A stretch of DNA of 64,000 nt from positions 27,838,001 to 27,902,000 of the forward strand of contig NC_086124.1 of the NCBI RefSeq assembly GCF_963921235.1. The letters are read 5' to 3'. Shown here piece after piece: positions 12,840 to 24,600 of this stretch. The DNA comes from Mobula hypostoma (Eukaryota). How positions within the stretch are numbered: the first letter of the stretch is position 1; each line of letters begins with the position of its first letter. Both the position numbers and the translations under genes were made by a program. The notes beneath the pieces are model-generated. The model was not told the origin of the DNA. It did not search any database and was given only the letters and a program-made list of their open reading frames with translations.

Positions 12840-12927
12840 GAAGGTGGAAATGAGGGGGATCAAACTGAGCAAGGTTAGGAAGGAGGAGGAGGAGGAGGAA
12901 GGAGCGATCTCCATAAATTCCCTCCAT
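12840..12927 (-). pseudogene. Candidate leader exon remnant of the left-hand beta pseudogene (MEGIYGDRSFLLLLLLPNLAQ...)
   Basis: ATG at 12927 followed by a poly-Leu stretch, correctly oriented between the beta1 exon and the alpha promoter; runs into a CR1 fragment with no phase-1 donor. The poly-Leu could simply be a (GGA)n microsatellite. Confidence 0.25.
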
Positions 12928-12959
12928 TTAAGTGACACCCAACGCCATCCCCTCCCATT

Positions 12960-13480
12960 TGTCCCTCCCACCCACCTTTCCCACTAATCCCCCAGGCAGT
13001 TCGAAAACCATCTCCCATCATAAACCAATTCCTCCTTCCAGTTATTCCCTCTCTCCTCCTGCGCCCACCCCCTGAGAATCAGTCTGCACTGCCTCCTCAC
13101 ACACACCCCTTCAGCACAAATCTCTGAAACCACCCCCTTAAAATCAGCACTTTCCCTCATCACTCACTCCACATTTACCTGCTCACACTTTGCACAGACC
13201 TGCTTAGCTTCAACCAGTCCTCCAACCCATCAGTCCCCCATCTGCAATCACCTTCCAACCCCTGCACCACCCAGCCACACAACTCCCAGGCTCTGCATCT
13301 GTCTCATTCTTTCCACCCTCTGCACCATTCTTCACCCCACCCTCTGATCTACCTGCTCAACACCTAATGCACCCACCCTTGTCAGTCCATGCCCTCTCCC
13401 CCTTCCCTGCGCACTCACACATCACTTCCATGATCTACAGCCACCCTTCTGAATCCATCTGCTCAACACCCTATCACTGC
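12960..13480. repeat. C-rich low-complexity tract
   Basis: Strongly C/A/T-skewed sequence with recurring ccaccc/ccatc words; no clean period determined. Confidence 0.6.
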
Positions 13481-13839
13481 TCGGTCTAAACCATGTAGAT
13501 GTGCGGCCGCGCAGTTACTGAAATGCTCCCGCTCACATAGCCATCGTAGCTGTGCAGCTGGAATTTTCTTTAGTGCTGACTGCGAACGTGCATTCAGTTT
13601 TATGAATTAAATCAAATGTAAATCCAGGAGCGGACTAGAAGTGGAACATGTAGATGATCTGATGAGGGCACAGAAGTATCTTTCATCTGGATGTGAAATT
13701 AATCTGGATGACGTTTACAGGCAAAAGATTTGTAATAAAGACAGACAAGAGAAAGTTTATGAAACTAGCAAGATTTTCTTTGTTGTGCTGTATTTAATTA
13801 TGCCCTTCAATTAATACATAAAATAAAATGTATGTGATT

Positions 13840-14445
13840 CTAAAAATGCAAACACGAGAAAATCTGCAGATGCTGGAAATTCAAGCAACACACATCAAAG
13901 TTGCTGGTGAACGCAGCAGGCCAGGCAGCATCTATAGGAAGAGGTACAGTCGACGTTTCGGGCCGAGTCCCTTCGTCAGGACTAACAGGAAAAAAAGAGA
14001 TAGTAAGAGATTTGAAAGTGGGAGGGGGAGGGGGAGATCCGAAATGATAGGAGAAGACAGGAGGGGGAGGGATGAAGCCTAGAGCTGGGAGGTTGATTGG
14101 CAAAAGGGATACAAGGCTGGAGAAGGGGGAGTATCATGGGACGGAAGCCCTTGAAAGAAAGCAGAAAAGGGAAGGGAGCACCAGAGGAAGATGGAGAACA
14201 AGTGCCTGTAGTCTCCCTTCTCTAGCCTTGTATCCCTTTTGCAATCAACCTCCCAGCCCTTGGCTTCATCACTCCCCCTCCTGTCTTCTCCTATCATTTT
14301 GGGTCTCCCCCCCCCACTTTCAAATCTCTTACTACCTCTTTTTTCCGTTAGTCCTGACGAACGGTCTCGACCCGAAACGTCGACTCTACCTCTTCCTATA
14401 GATGCTGCCTGGCCTGCTGCGTTCCACCAGTATTTTGTGTGTGTT
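13840..14445. mobile_element. Non-autonomous Penelope-derived insertion with inverted terminal repeats
   Basis: Left and right arms are reverse complements, each with a hammerhead motif; 14-bp TSD AAATGTATGTGATT (13826-13839, 14446-14459). Confidence 0.85.
13948..13983 (-). ncRNA. Minimal type I hammerhead ribozyme motif in a Penelope terminal repeat
   Basis: Minus strand AGTC-CTGACGA-A-GGG-ACTCGG-CCC-GAAAC-GTC-GACT: stem I AGTC/GACT, intact CUGAnGA and GAAA cores, stem II GGG/CCC, palindromic ACGU helix III, GUC cleavage triplet. Confidence 0.7.
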
Positions 14446-14729
14446 AAATGTATGTGATTGTTCAGTTTTCATTCTAAATATTCATAGTATGTTACTTACA
14501 AAAAAAAATTAAAGAGCTGCGCAGTTTTCAGGACATGTAAAAATTTCCTGCTCAGAACAATGGTTGGTCCGTGTAGCTGTAAAACATATTAGAGCGAGCT
14601 TTGCATCCAATTCACCCACCTGCAACCTCCATCCAGTGTACCTGAGTGCCCCCAATACCCTCTGAAGCCATCCAGCTGCCCACATCTCTGCACCCACCCA
14701 ACCATCCCCATCTTCTGCAACTGCCTACT

Positions 14730-15165
14730 CCTCACCCCTCCATCCTCTACAACTATCTGTCCCTCACCCCTCCCATCCTCTACAACTGTCTGTCCCTCAC
14801 CCCTCCCATCCTCTACAACAGTCTCTCCCTCACCCCTCCCATCCTCTACAACAGTCTCTCCCTCACCCCTCCCATCCTCCAGAACTATCTATCCCTCACC
14901 CCTCCATCGTCTACAACTGTCTATCCCTCACCCCTCCCATCCTCTACAACTGTCTATCCCTCACCCCTCCCATCCTCCACAACGGTCTATCCCTCACCCC
15001 TCCCATCCTCTACAACTCTCTATCCCTCACCCCTCCCATCCTCTACAACTGTCTATCCCTCACCCCTCCCATCCTCCACAACTCTCTATCCCTCACCCCT
15101 CCCATCCTCCACAACTGTCTATCCCTCACCCCTCCCATCCTCCACAACTATCTGTCCCTCATCCG
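14730..15165. repeat. 33-bp minisatellite, about 13 copies, directly upstream of the alpha promoter
   Basis: Unit CCCTCACCCCTCCCATCCTCTACAACTGTCTAT (reads [11 protein letters not shown] in frame); a few shorter units. Confidence 0.92.
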
Positions 15166-15189
15166 CCCTTCACTACACCTGTCAGTGAC

Positions 15190-15620
15190 CACCCCCCCCC
15201 ATCCCGAGTCAGCCAGGCACCACTGATTGGCTGCCGCGTCTTCCCGCCAGAAAGACCATCCACACACGCCCTACCCCATCTCCGGGCGCGCGACATTACC
15301 GCCGGCGGGCCGCTCGCGCTCCCCGGGCGCGCGCCATCACAGACGTCGGCCCACTCGCGCTCCCGCCGGAGGCTCGGCTTGGGTGGAGGAGGAGGAGACT
15401 GAGGTCGGTGGGCGGGTTGAATGGCGGCGGCGTCTCCTCCTCCACCCGTCGCTCTTTTGCTTTCGGGACGGTTTCTGCCATGGGTCGTTATCCCGCTGCG
15501 TGGGCGCTCCTCCTGCTCCTCCGCCCCTGTTCGGGGACTGCCTACAAGCTGGCCGGTGAGTCGATTCCTGTCGCTGCGATCGCCGCCCGGTCAACTTGCT
15601 GTAAAGTTGTTGCTAAGGGT
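15190..15620 (+). promoter_or_regulatory. CpG-island promoter of the alpha gene with inverted CCAAT/Y-box
   Basis: Dense CpGs (e.g. ccgggcgcgcg, gccggcgggccgctcgcgc) in an otherwise CpG-poor window; CTGATTGG at 15223-15230, identical to the MHC class II Y-box core; an X2/AP-1-like CGAGTCA just upstream. Confidence 0.55.
15480..15555 (+). CDS. WA: alpha-chain exon 1, signal peptide MGRYPAAWALLLLLRPCSGTAYKLA
   Basis: gccATGG Kozak context, hydrophobic LLLLL core, donor G|GTGAGT at 15555/15556, lies in a CpG-rich island. Confidence 0.85.
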
Positions 15621-18600
15621 GGGATCTTGCTGAGTAGACGTCCCTGGGGTCATTAACCATTTCTTGGGGTGGGGAGGGCGGTAGCGTTCGGATCTTGCTA
15701 AGCACATTCTACTTGGCGTCTTGCTGGCTTGGTGTTAAACTACCTGGTTCGACCAAACTTGGAAAATTAGGTTCGTGCTAGGAAGGATGGGAACCAAGTT
15801 TAATATCAGGATATTGAAATTGGGATGTGGAAGCTCGAGAAAAAGATGCACAGGAGATTTACCAGGATTAGAGATCAGGAGCAGACTAGGGCTTTTCTCT
15901 TTGAAGTGAAGGAGGATGAGAGGTGACTTGATAAAGGTGTACAAGATGATAAGAAACACCTATAGTAGAGTGGACAGTGGAAGACTTTGCCCCCAGGGTG
16001 GCAATGGCTAACAGGAGGGGCCATATCTATAAGGTGTTTAGAGGAAAATACAGGGGGAATGTCAGGGGTAGTATATTTAGGTGCGTAACCTGGTACTGCC
16101 AAGGTTGTCATTAGGGACATTTAAGAGACTCTTAGATACGCACATAGCTGACAGAATAATGGAGGCTGCTGTGTGAGGGAAAGTTTGGATTGACCCTGGA
16201 GTAGATCAAGGGGTCGGCACAACAATGTGGACCGAAGAGCTGGTACTGCGATCTACTGTTCTATGCACATGGTTGGTGGGATCTTGCTGTGGGCGTGCAG
16301 GGATGGGGAGGGAGGAGTTGTGTTGTGGGATCTTGCCCTGCACCTGTTGGGTGGGGGCCGTACTATGGATTGAATGGGAATTTGTTTGATTGTGCCTTGC
16401 CCGTGTTGCATGGACGCTTGCCATGTGCAGACTAGATGGGGATTGTTGTCGTGTTATAGACTTGTACAACACACAACTGGACCCTTTTGCCCACCATGTG
16501 TTTGCTGACATTTTTTCCCATGTATGCTAATTCACCCCCCCCCCACATTAGGACCATATCCTGATGATATATGTACTTTGAATATACTTATACACCTTGC
16601 CCCTTTACGTGTCTGTCCAAATACCTTTTAAACATAATGATTGTGCCAATTTCCACAGCCTCCACTGGCAGCTCATTCTAGATATCAACCATTTTTTATA
16701 TAAGGAAAAAAAAGCATACCCCTTCGGATCTCCTTTAAAACTCATTCCTTTCACTTGAAATTTGTGCCCTCTTGTTTCCATTGTGTATGGATTGGTTGGG
16801 ATGTTGTTGTGTAACTGCTGAGTGGGATCTTGCCATGTACATAAGGTTGGAACTTGTCACAGAGTAGGATCATGTTTGTGCTTTGTGCATGTATGTAGAT
16901 GGGTGAGTTATTTTTGGGTGAGTCATAAGACACACTACATAAAGAGCAGGGTAATTTCTCTCAATATCCCAAGGCCAATATTTCAAAAAGGATATTGTGC
17001 TTTCCCAGCGTATATGACAAATAAATTCCTCTCGGGCTTCAATTGGTACCTGTATTCGGTTTGAAACCCGAGAAGAGTTGATTTGACAAATGATTTTGTT
17101 CTCAGTTTCCTGTTTGTGCTCTTTATCTCATGGCTCCCCTGTAGATCAAACATCTACCTTTATCTTAAATATATTCAATGGCCCTGGCTCCTTAGCTTTC
17201 TGGAGTACAGAGAGTAGAAACTCCCAGCCCTCTTGAAAAGAATTCCTCATCTCCATTCTCAATGAGCAATACCTTATTTTGAAGCCGTGCAATCCAGATG
17301 TGAATTCCCTCAGGAAGCCCTGGCTGGATCACACTTGAAGTATTGTGTTCAGTTCTGGCCGCCTTATTATAGGAAGGATGTGGAAGCTTTATAAGGGGTG
17401 CAGAGGAGCTTTACTAGAATTTGAGAACATGTCTTATGAAGATAAGTTGAGCAAGCTAGGGCTGTTCTCTTTTGAGACAAGGAAGACGACAGATGACTTG
17501 ATAGAATTGTACAAGATGGATCTGCACTTTGTATTTTCAGTTGCTTCATTCATGAGTTCAAGTCTTTTGTGTCATTTGATATGAGAGGTCAGTGGAGAAT
17601 GGCCAGACTGGTTCAAGTCGACAGGAAGGCGACTAACTCAAATAACCATGTGTACTAACAGTGGTGTGCAGAAGAGCATCTCTGAACACCCAACACGTCG
17701 AAACTTGAAGTGGATGGCACAGCAGAAGACCATGTACTTACACTCGTTGGTCACTGTATTAGGTACAGGAGATACCTAATAAAGTGGCCACTGAGGGTGA
17801 ATAAGTGTTTGTGTGTGTTCTTGTTTAATGTCCATACCTAAGGTCTGGTCTCCAGTTGCATTGGAATTCCTCATCATTGACCAAGACCTCACTCTTGTCA
17901 ACATCACGTTGTAAATGATGTACAAGAGCCACTCCACATTAAAAATATTCACAATCTGTCATAGCATATCACCCTTAGCCTAAGAAGACATGATCATAAA
18001 AAATATTGGTATAATGCAAGTAATTCTAAGATTCAAAGTACATTTATTATCAAAGTGTTTATACAGAATACACTTGTGAGTGGACAGCACATAGAATTTC
18101 AAACATCAAACCGGGGGTCTAGTAGTATTCAGTTCAGTGCCCTGCCGCTAGCTGGCTACAGGCTGCAGGGAAAAGCATTCTTTGCTAAGCGATGCAGATC
18201 GCATAGATTGCCCCGATCAAATCACTCAAAGGTAGCAAAAAAAAGAGTAACCAGAATCCAGGGATATATGCTCAAAGCATGGCAACACTTGTGGCTGTCC
18301 AGCACAATCCTCGGACTGTGTTGGCAGTTGACATCAGTGACGCGTTTCTCTGTATGTTTTCATTCAATTTTTAAATCTTTTTATTAATTATTATTGAAAA
18401 TTGACAAAGAAAAATACATTAAAATAATCACGTCAATATATCAATAAATATAATAAGAATCAAACTATTAACCAAACTAAACAGTATATCAACAATAATA
18501 ATTAAAAAAAACAAAATGTTAAAGCTATTTTTTTTGAAAAAAGGAAGAAGGAAAAGAGAACCCCTATTAACTAAAACAAAAAATCCCCAACTAACAACCA

Positions 18601-21600
18601 AAAAAAAAACGAGAAAAAAAAAACCCATTTGGAGCACAAACCCGGAGCTATACGCCATACAAGCTTCTATTAAAAAAAAAAGACATCAATCCGCCAGCCA
18701 AATCCATTTACCCAAGAATCAGAAGGGAACCATCTTAAGTAACTGAAATCAAATGATAGTAGCAGGCAAAGGAGCCCCACCTTTTCTCAAAAGTCAAATC
18801 GAGGATCAAAAGTTCGACTTCTGATTTTTTCCAAACTAAGACCTCTGTATGTTTTAATGATTCAATGTACATGTGACAAATAAAACTAATTTATATTCTT
18901 TACTTTTAATATCTGTTAGCTTCACCAAAGAACATTTTACAGACATTAAATGTGCCCTCTCACATGCCAACTATTTAGATATTTCCTTGCTGAGTGACAA
19001 TGACCACTTTGGTAGGGTCTGAGGAGGATTTGGGACCGTGAAACACAATAAGCACTCTGTACTCCGTGGCCACTTTATGAGGTACCTCCTGTACCTCCGG
19101 TACCTCATAAAGTGGCTACTGATTATATGTTCATGGTGTTCTGCTGCTGTAGCTCATCCACTTCAAGGTTCAACATGCTGGCCTGAAACTCCTGTAATTT
19201 ACATATCACAACACTAGGTCTACAGTGGAGACATTCTCACTGGCTCTCCACTCAGTCTTGCAGCACCTGGACATCAGCAATACCTACATCAGGCTGCTGT
19301 TTATTGATTACAGCTCAGGGTTCAACACCATCGTGTTCTCAGTACTAATCAACAAGTCCCAAAATCTGGGCCTCTGTACTTCCGTCTGCAGATGGATCCT
19401 TGACTTCCCTTAGTCAATGCAGATTGGAAATAACATCTTCTCACTGGCTCACTTCAAGGATGTTTGCTTAGCCCACTGCCCTACTCTACACCCACAACTG
19501 TGTGGTTAGGTACAGTTCAAATGCTACCTAGAAAAATTGCTGTTGACACAACTATTGTTGGCAGAATTTTAGATGGCGACAAGGAGGCGTACATGATTGA
19601 GATAGATCAGCGGGTTGAGTGGTGTCGCAACAGCAACCTTGCACTCAATGTCACAAAGACAAATTGCATGTCTTACCCATGTACACCAAGGTCCATCTGT
19701 CCTTTGACCATTCATAGTGTGTGTGTCCTACAATTGTGGAGTGAAATCCCATTGTCCCTTGACACTTACCAACATTCACTGTGTGTGTCCAACCCTTCTA
19801 CAGTGAGGTCCCTCTGTTTTTTGACACTCTACACCATAGGTGGTGTGTGCCCTACCTTTGTATACCATCTGGCCCAGGATATTCCACATCATTCACGGTG
19901 TATGCCAACAGCCTTGTACTGCCAACACCCTCTGAAACTCAACACTGCCCACTGTTCACTATGTGTCCTTACCCTTATACACCGAGGTCCCTCTTTCCCT
20001 CAATTCTCCACACCATTCATGATGTGTGTCCTACCCTCGAACACCGAGGTCACTTTGTCTCTCGACACTCCTCACCAGTCACATAGTCTCTCCGACCCTT
20101 GTACATAGAATTGCACTTGAACCCCGACTCTCCCCGCCACTCATGGTGTGTCTTTCCCTCTACACTGTGATGCCTCTGTCCATGACAATCCCTACCATTC
20201 AATATGCGTCTCCTACCCTTGTACACTGAGATCCCTCTATCCTTTGATATTCCCTTTAATAAACAGTGTTTGTCTTATCCTTCCAATGCACACAAAATGC
20301 TGAAGGAACTCAGCAGACCAGGCAGCATCTATGGAAAAAGTACAGTCGACATTTCGGGCCGAGACTCTTCAGAAGGACCCTTTATCCCTCTGCTGTAAGG
20401 TATTGGCCTGAAACGTCGACTGTACTATTTTCCATTGATGCTTGTTTGATTTTCTCTTGTTTGCCCTACGCTTGTACACCGAGATCCCTCTATCCCCCGA
20501 CACTCCCTATCATAAACAGTGTTTGTCCTACCCTAAAACACTGAGGTCCCTTTATCCCTCAGCACTCCCTAGTATAAACAGGGTTTGTCCTAGCCTTCTA
20601 CATTGAGGTCCCCCGTTCCTTGACTTCCCACTACTTATGGATTTTGTCTTTTGGATTTTGCCCTTGTACAGCGAAGTCTCACTATCTTTTGATGCTCCCC
20701 ATAGTTCACTCTGTGTGCAACCCTTCCACACCAAGGTTTCTCTGCTCCTGGTTACGACGTGTGCCAACTGAACCACTTGACCATTTTTGCATGTTTTTAT
20801 GCTGCCACATGATTGGCTAATAAGATATTTATGTTAATATACAATATATGTTAATATAGGAAATTAGAAATGTGTGCAATAAAGGAACAGCAGTTATAAT
20901 GGCTGACTTCAATCTACATGTAGACTGGGTGAACCAAATTGGTAAAGGTGCTGAGGAAGAGGATTTCTTGGAATGTATGCGGGATGGTTATTTGAACCAA
21001 CATGTCGAGGAACCAACTAGAGAGCAGGCTATTCTGGACTGGGTTTTGAGCAATGAGGAAGAGTTAATTAGCGATCTTGTCGTGAGAGGCCCCTTGGGTA
21101 AGAGTGACCATAATATGGTGGAATTCTTCATTAAGATGGAGAGTGACATAGTTAATTCAGAAACAAAGGTTCTGAACTTAAAGAGGGGTAACTTTGAAGG
21201 TATGAGACGTGAATTAGCTAAGATAGACTGGCAAATGACACTTAAAGGATTGACGGTGGATATGCAATGGCAAGCATTTAAAGGTTGCATGGATGAACTA
21301 CAACAATTGTTCATCCCAGTTTGGCAAAAGAATAAATCAAGGAAGGTAGTGCACCTGTGGCTGACAAGAGAAATTAGGGATAGTATCAATTCCAAAGAAG
21401 AAGCATACAAATTAGCCAGAGAAAGTGGCTCACCTGAGGACTGGGAGAAATTCAGAGTTCAGCAGAGGAGGACAAAGGGCTTAATTAGGAAGGGGAAAAA
21501 AGATTATGAGAGAAAACTGGCAGGGAACATAAAAACGGACTGTAAAAGCTTTTATAGATATGTAAAAAGGAAAAGACTGGTAAAGACAAATGTAGGTCCC

Positions 21601-24600
21601 CTGCAGACAGAAACAGGTGAATTGATTATGGGGAGCAAGGACATGGCAGACCAATTGAATAGTTACTTTGGTTCTGTCTTCACTAAGGAGGACATAAATA
21701 ATCTTCCAGAAATAGTAAGGGACAGAGGTTCCAGTGGGATGGAGGAACTGAGCGAAATACATGTTAGTAGGGAAGTGGTGTTAGGTAAATTGAAGGGATT
21801 GAAGGCAGATAAATCCCCAGGGCCAGATGGTCTGCATCCTAGAGTGCTTAAAGAAGTAGCCCAAGAAATAGTGGATGCATTAGTGATAATTTTTCAAAAC
21901 TCGTTAGATTCTGGACTAGTTCCTGAGGATTGGAGGGTGGCTAATGTAACCCCACTTTTTTAAAAAAGGAGGGAGAGAGAAACCGGGGAATTATAGACCG
22001 GTTAGCCTAACGTCGGTGGTGGGGAAATTGCTGGAGTCAGTTATCAAGGATGTGATAACAGCACATTTGGAAAGCGGTGAAATGATCGGACAAAGTCAGC
22101 ATGGATTTGTGAAAGGAAAATCATGTCTGACGAATCTCAAAGAATTTTTTGAGGATATAACTAGTAGAGTGGATAGGGGAGAATCTGTGGATGTGGTATA
22201 TTTGGATTTTCAAAAGGCTTTTGACAAGGTCCCACACAGGAGATTAGTGTGCAAACTTAAAGCGCACGGTATTGGGGGTAAGGTATTGGTGTGGGTGGAG
22301 AATTGGTTAGCAGACAGGAAGCAAAGAGTGGGAATAAACGGGACCTTTTCAGAATGGCAGGCGGTGACTAGTGGGGTACCGCAAGGCTCAGTGCTGGGAC
22401 CCCAGTTGTTTACAATATATATTAATGACTTGGATGAGGGAATTAAATGCAGCATCTCCAAGTTTGCGGATGACACGAAGCTGGGTGGCAGTGTTAGCAG
22501 TGAGGAGGATGCTAAGAGGATGCAGGGTGACTTGGATAGGTTGGGTGAGTTGGCAAATTCATGGCAGATGCAATTTAATGTGGATAAATGTGAAGTTATC
22601 CACTTTGGTGGCAAAAATAGGAAAACAGATTATTATCTGAATGGTGGCCGATTAGGAAAAGGGGAGGTGCAACGAGACCTGGGTGTCATTATACACCAGT
22701 CATTGAAAGTGGGCATGCAGGTACAGCAGGCGGTGAAAAAGGCGAATGGTATGCTGGCATTTATAGCGAGAGGATTCGAGTACAGGAGCAGGGACGTACT
22801 ACTGCAGTTGTACAAGGCCTTGGTGAGACCACACCTGGAGTATTGTGTGCAGTTTTGGTCCCCTAATCTGAGGAAAGACATCTTTGCCATAGAGGGAGTA
22901 CAAAGAAGGTTCACCAGATTGATTCCTGGGATGGCAGGACTTTCATATGAAGAAAGACTGGATGAATTGGGCTTGTACTCGTTGGAATTTAGAAGATTGA
23001 GGGGGGATCTGATTGAAATGTATAAGACCCTAAAGGGATTGGACAGGCAAGATGCAGGAAGATTGTTCCCGATGTTGGGGAAGTCCAGAACGAGGGGTCA
23101 CAGTTCGAGGATAGAGGGGAAGCCTTTTAGGACTGAGATTAGGAAAAACTTCTTCACACAGAGAGTGGTGAATCTGTGGAATTCTCTGCCACAGGAAACT
23201 GTTGAGGCCAGTTCATTGGCTATATTTAAGAGGGAGTTAGATATGGCCCTTGTGGCTACGGGGGTCAGGGGGTATGGAGGGAAGGCTGGGGCCGGGTTCT
23301 GAGTTGGATGATCAGCCATGATCATAATAAATGGCGGTGCAGGCTCGAAGGGCCGAATGGCCTACTCCTGCACCAATTTTTTATGTTTCTATGTTTCTAT
23401 GTTTCTATACCTAATGTGGCCACTGAGTGTTGTTTAAACATTAGTTGCAAAAACTGACAATGTGATTAAAAGTCTTCTTTTACAATAATCTTTTTATCCT
23501 TTCAGAGACAGACACATTGGAAGTCACCATCTTCTTTACAGATGACCTCAGCCTACCAGATGGGGCAGCCGAGTTGAAGATTCAGGATAGAAGCATTGGT
23601 TACTATGACACCACGTTACCAGGAGCTCAGTTTCACTTGGCTAACTTAGAACACTTCCGTAAAACTATTGATAGCCTGTTGGAAGAAAATAAGGAAAACA
23701 CAATCGCATTGGCAGAGCAGCTGATGGATCAGGCGAAGTTGTTAACCAACAACTCTCTCCCCCCAAATGGTGAGTCAAGATAGGAACGTGAGCAGCTCAG
23801 TGTACTGACTACCATCAGCCCAATAAAGTGTCCTCAGTATGGATTTTGCTTACAGTACAGGCCCTTTGGCCCACCGTGTTGTGATGACCTTTCAAACTAC
23901 ACCAAGATCAATCTAACCCTTTCCACCTACACAGTCCTCTAATTTCCTTTCATCTGTGTGCCTCTCTAAGAGTTTCTTAAATGCCCCTAATTTATTCACA
24001 TCCACCACCACCTCTGGTAGGGTGTTCCAAGCACCCACTAACTAGAGTTTTATAGAGCTGCAACATTACCTCCCAGCTCTTGAACTCAAAACTCTCCATC
24101 TGACATTACCTCTCCACCCGCCCCCACCCCCCCGTACTTTCTTCCAAACGCCTCAAAGTTATGCCGTGTTGTATTAGCCATTTCCACCCTGGGAAAGAGT
24201 CTTTGGCTGTCCACTCTGTCTATGCCTCTCATTATCTTGTACACCTCTATCAAGTCACTGCTCATCCTCCTCTTCTCTGAAGAGATAAGCCCTAGCCTAC
24301 TCAATCTATCCTCATACTGTAAGAGATGTTTTCTAATCCAGACACCATCCTATAAATCTCCTCTGCACCCTCTCTAAAGTTCTGCATCCTTGCTATAATG
24401 AAGCGACTAGAATTGAACACAAACAAGTGTGGTCTAAACATTACCTCGCGGCTCTTGAACTCAAACCCTCAACTGACAATGGCCAACACATCACAACCCC
24501 TTCTTAACAATCATTTCACTGAAAATACTTTAGCTGGAAATTTGAGTAAATGGCTGGCACTGTGGTACGCTGACATAATTAATCCTTTGTTGTGTCAGGA

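Noticed and set aside
14646-15188. Mucin/extensin-like Pro-Ser-Thr ORF
   Set aside because: Translation of the 33-bp minisatellite; starts at a non-ATG codon with no splice support.
19464-20108. 214-aa Cys/His-rich ORF
   Set aside because: A Rex1-type RT remnant running into the 61-bp tandem array.
20872-23302. Autonomous, active CR1
   Set aside because: 5'-truncated (no ORF1 or endonuclease N-terminus) and frameshifted.
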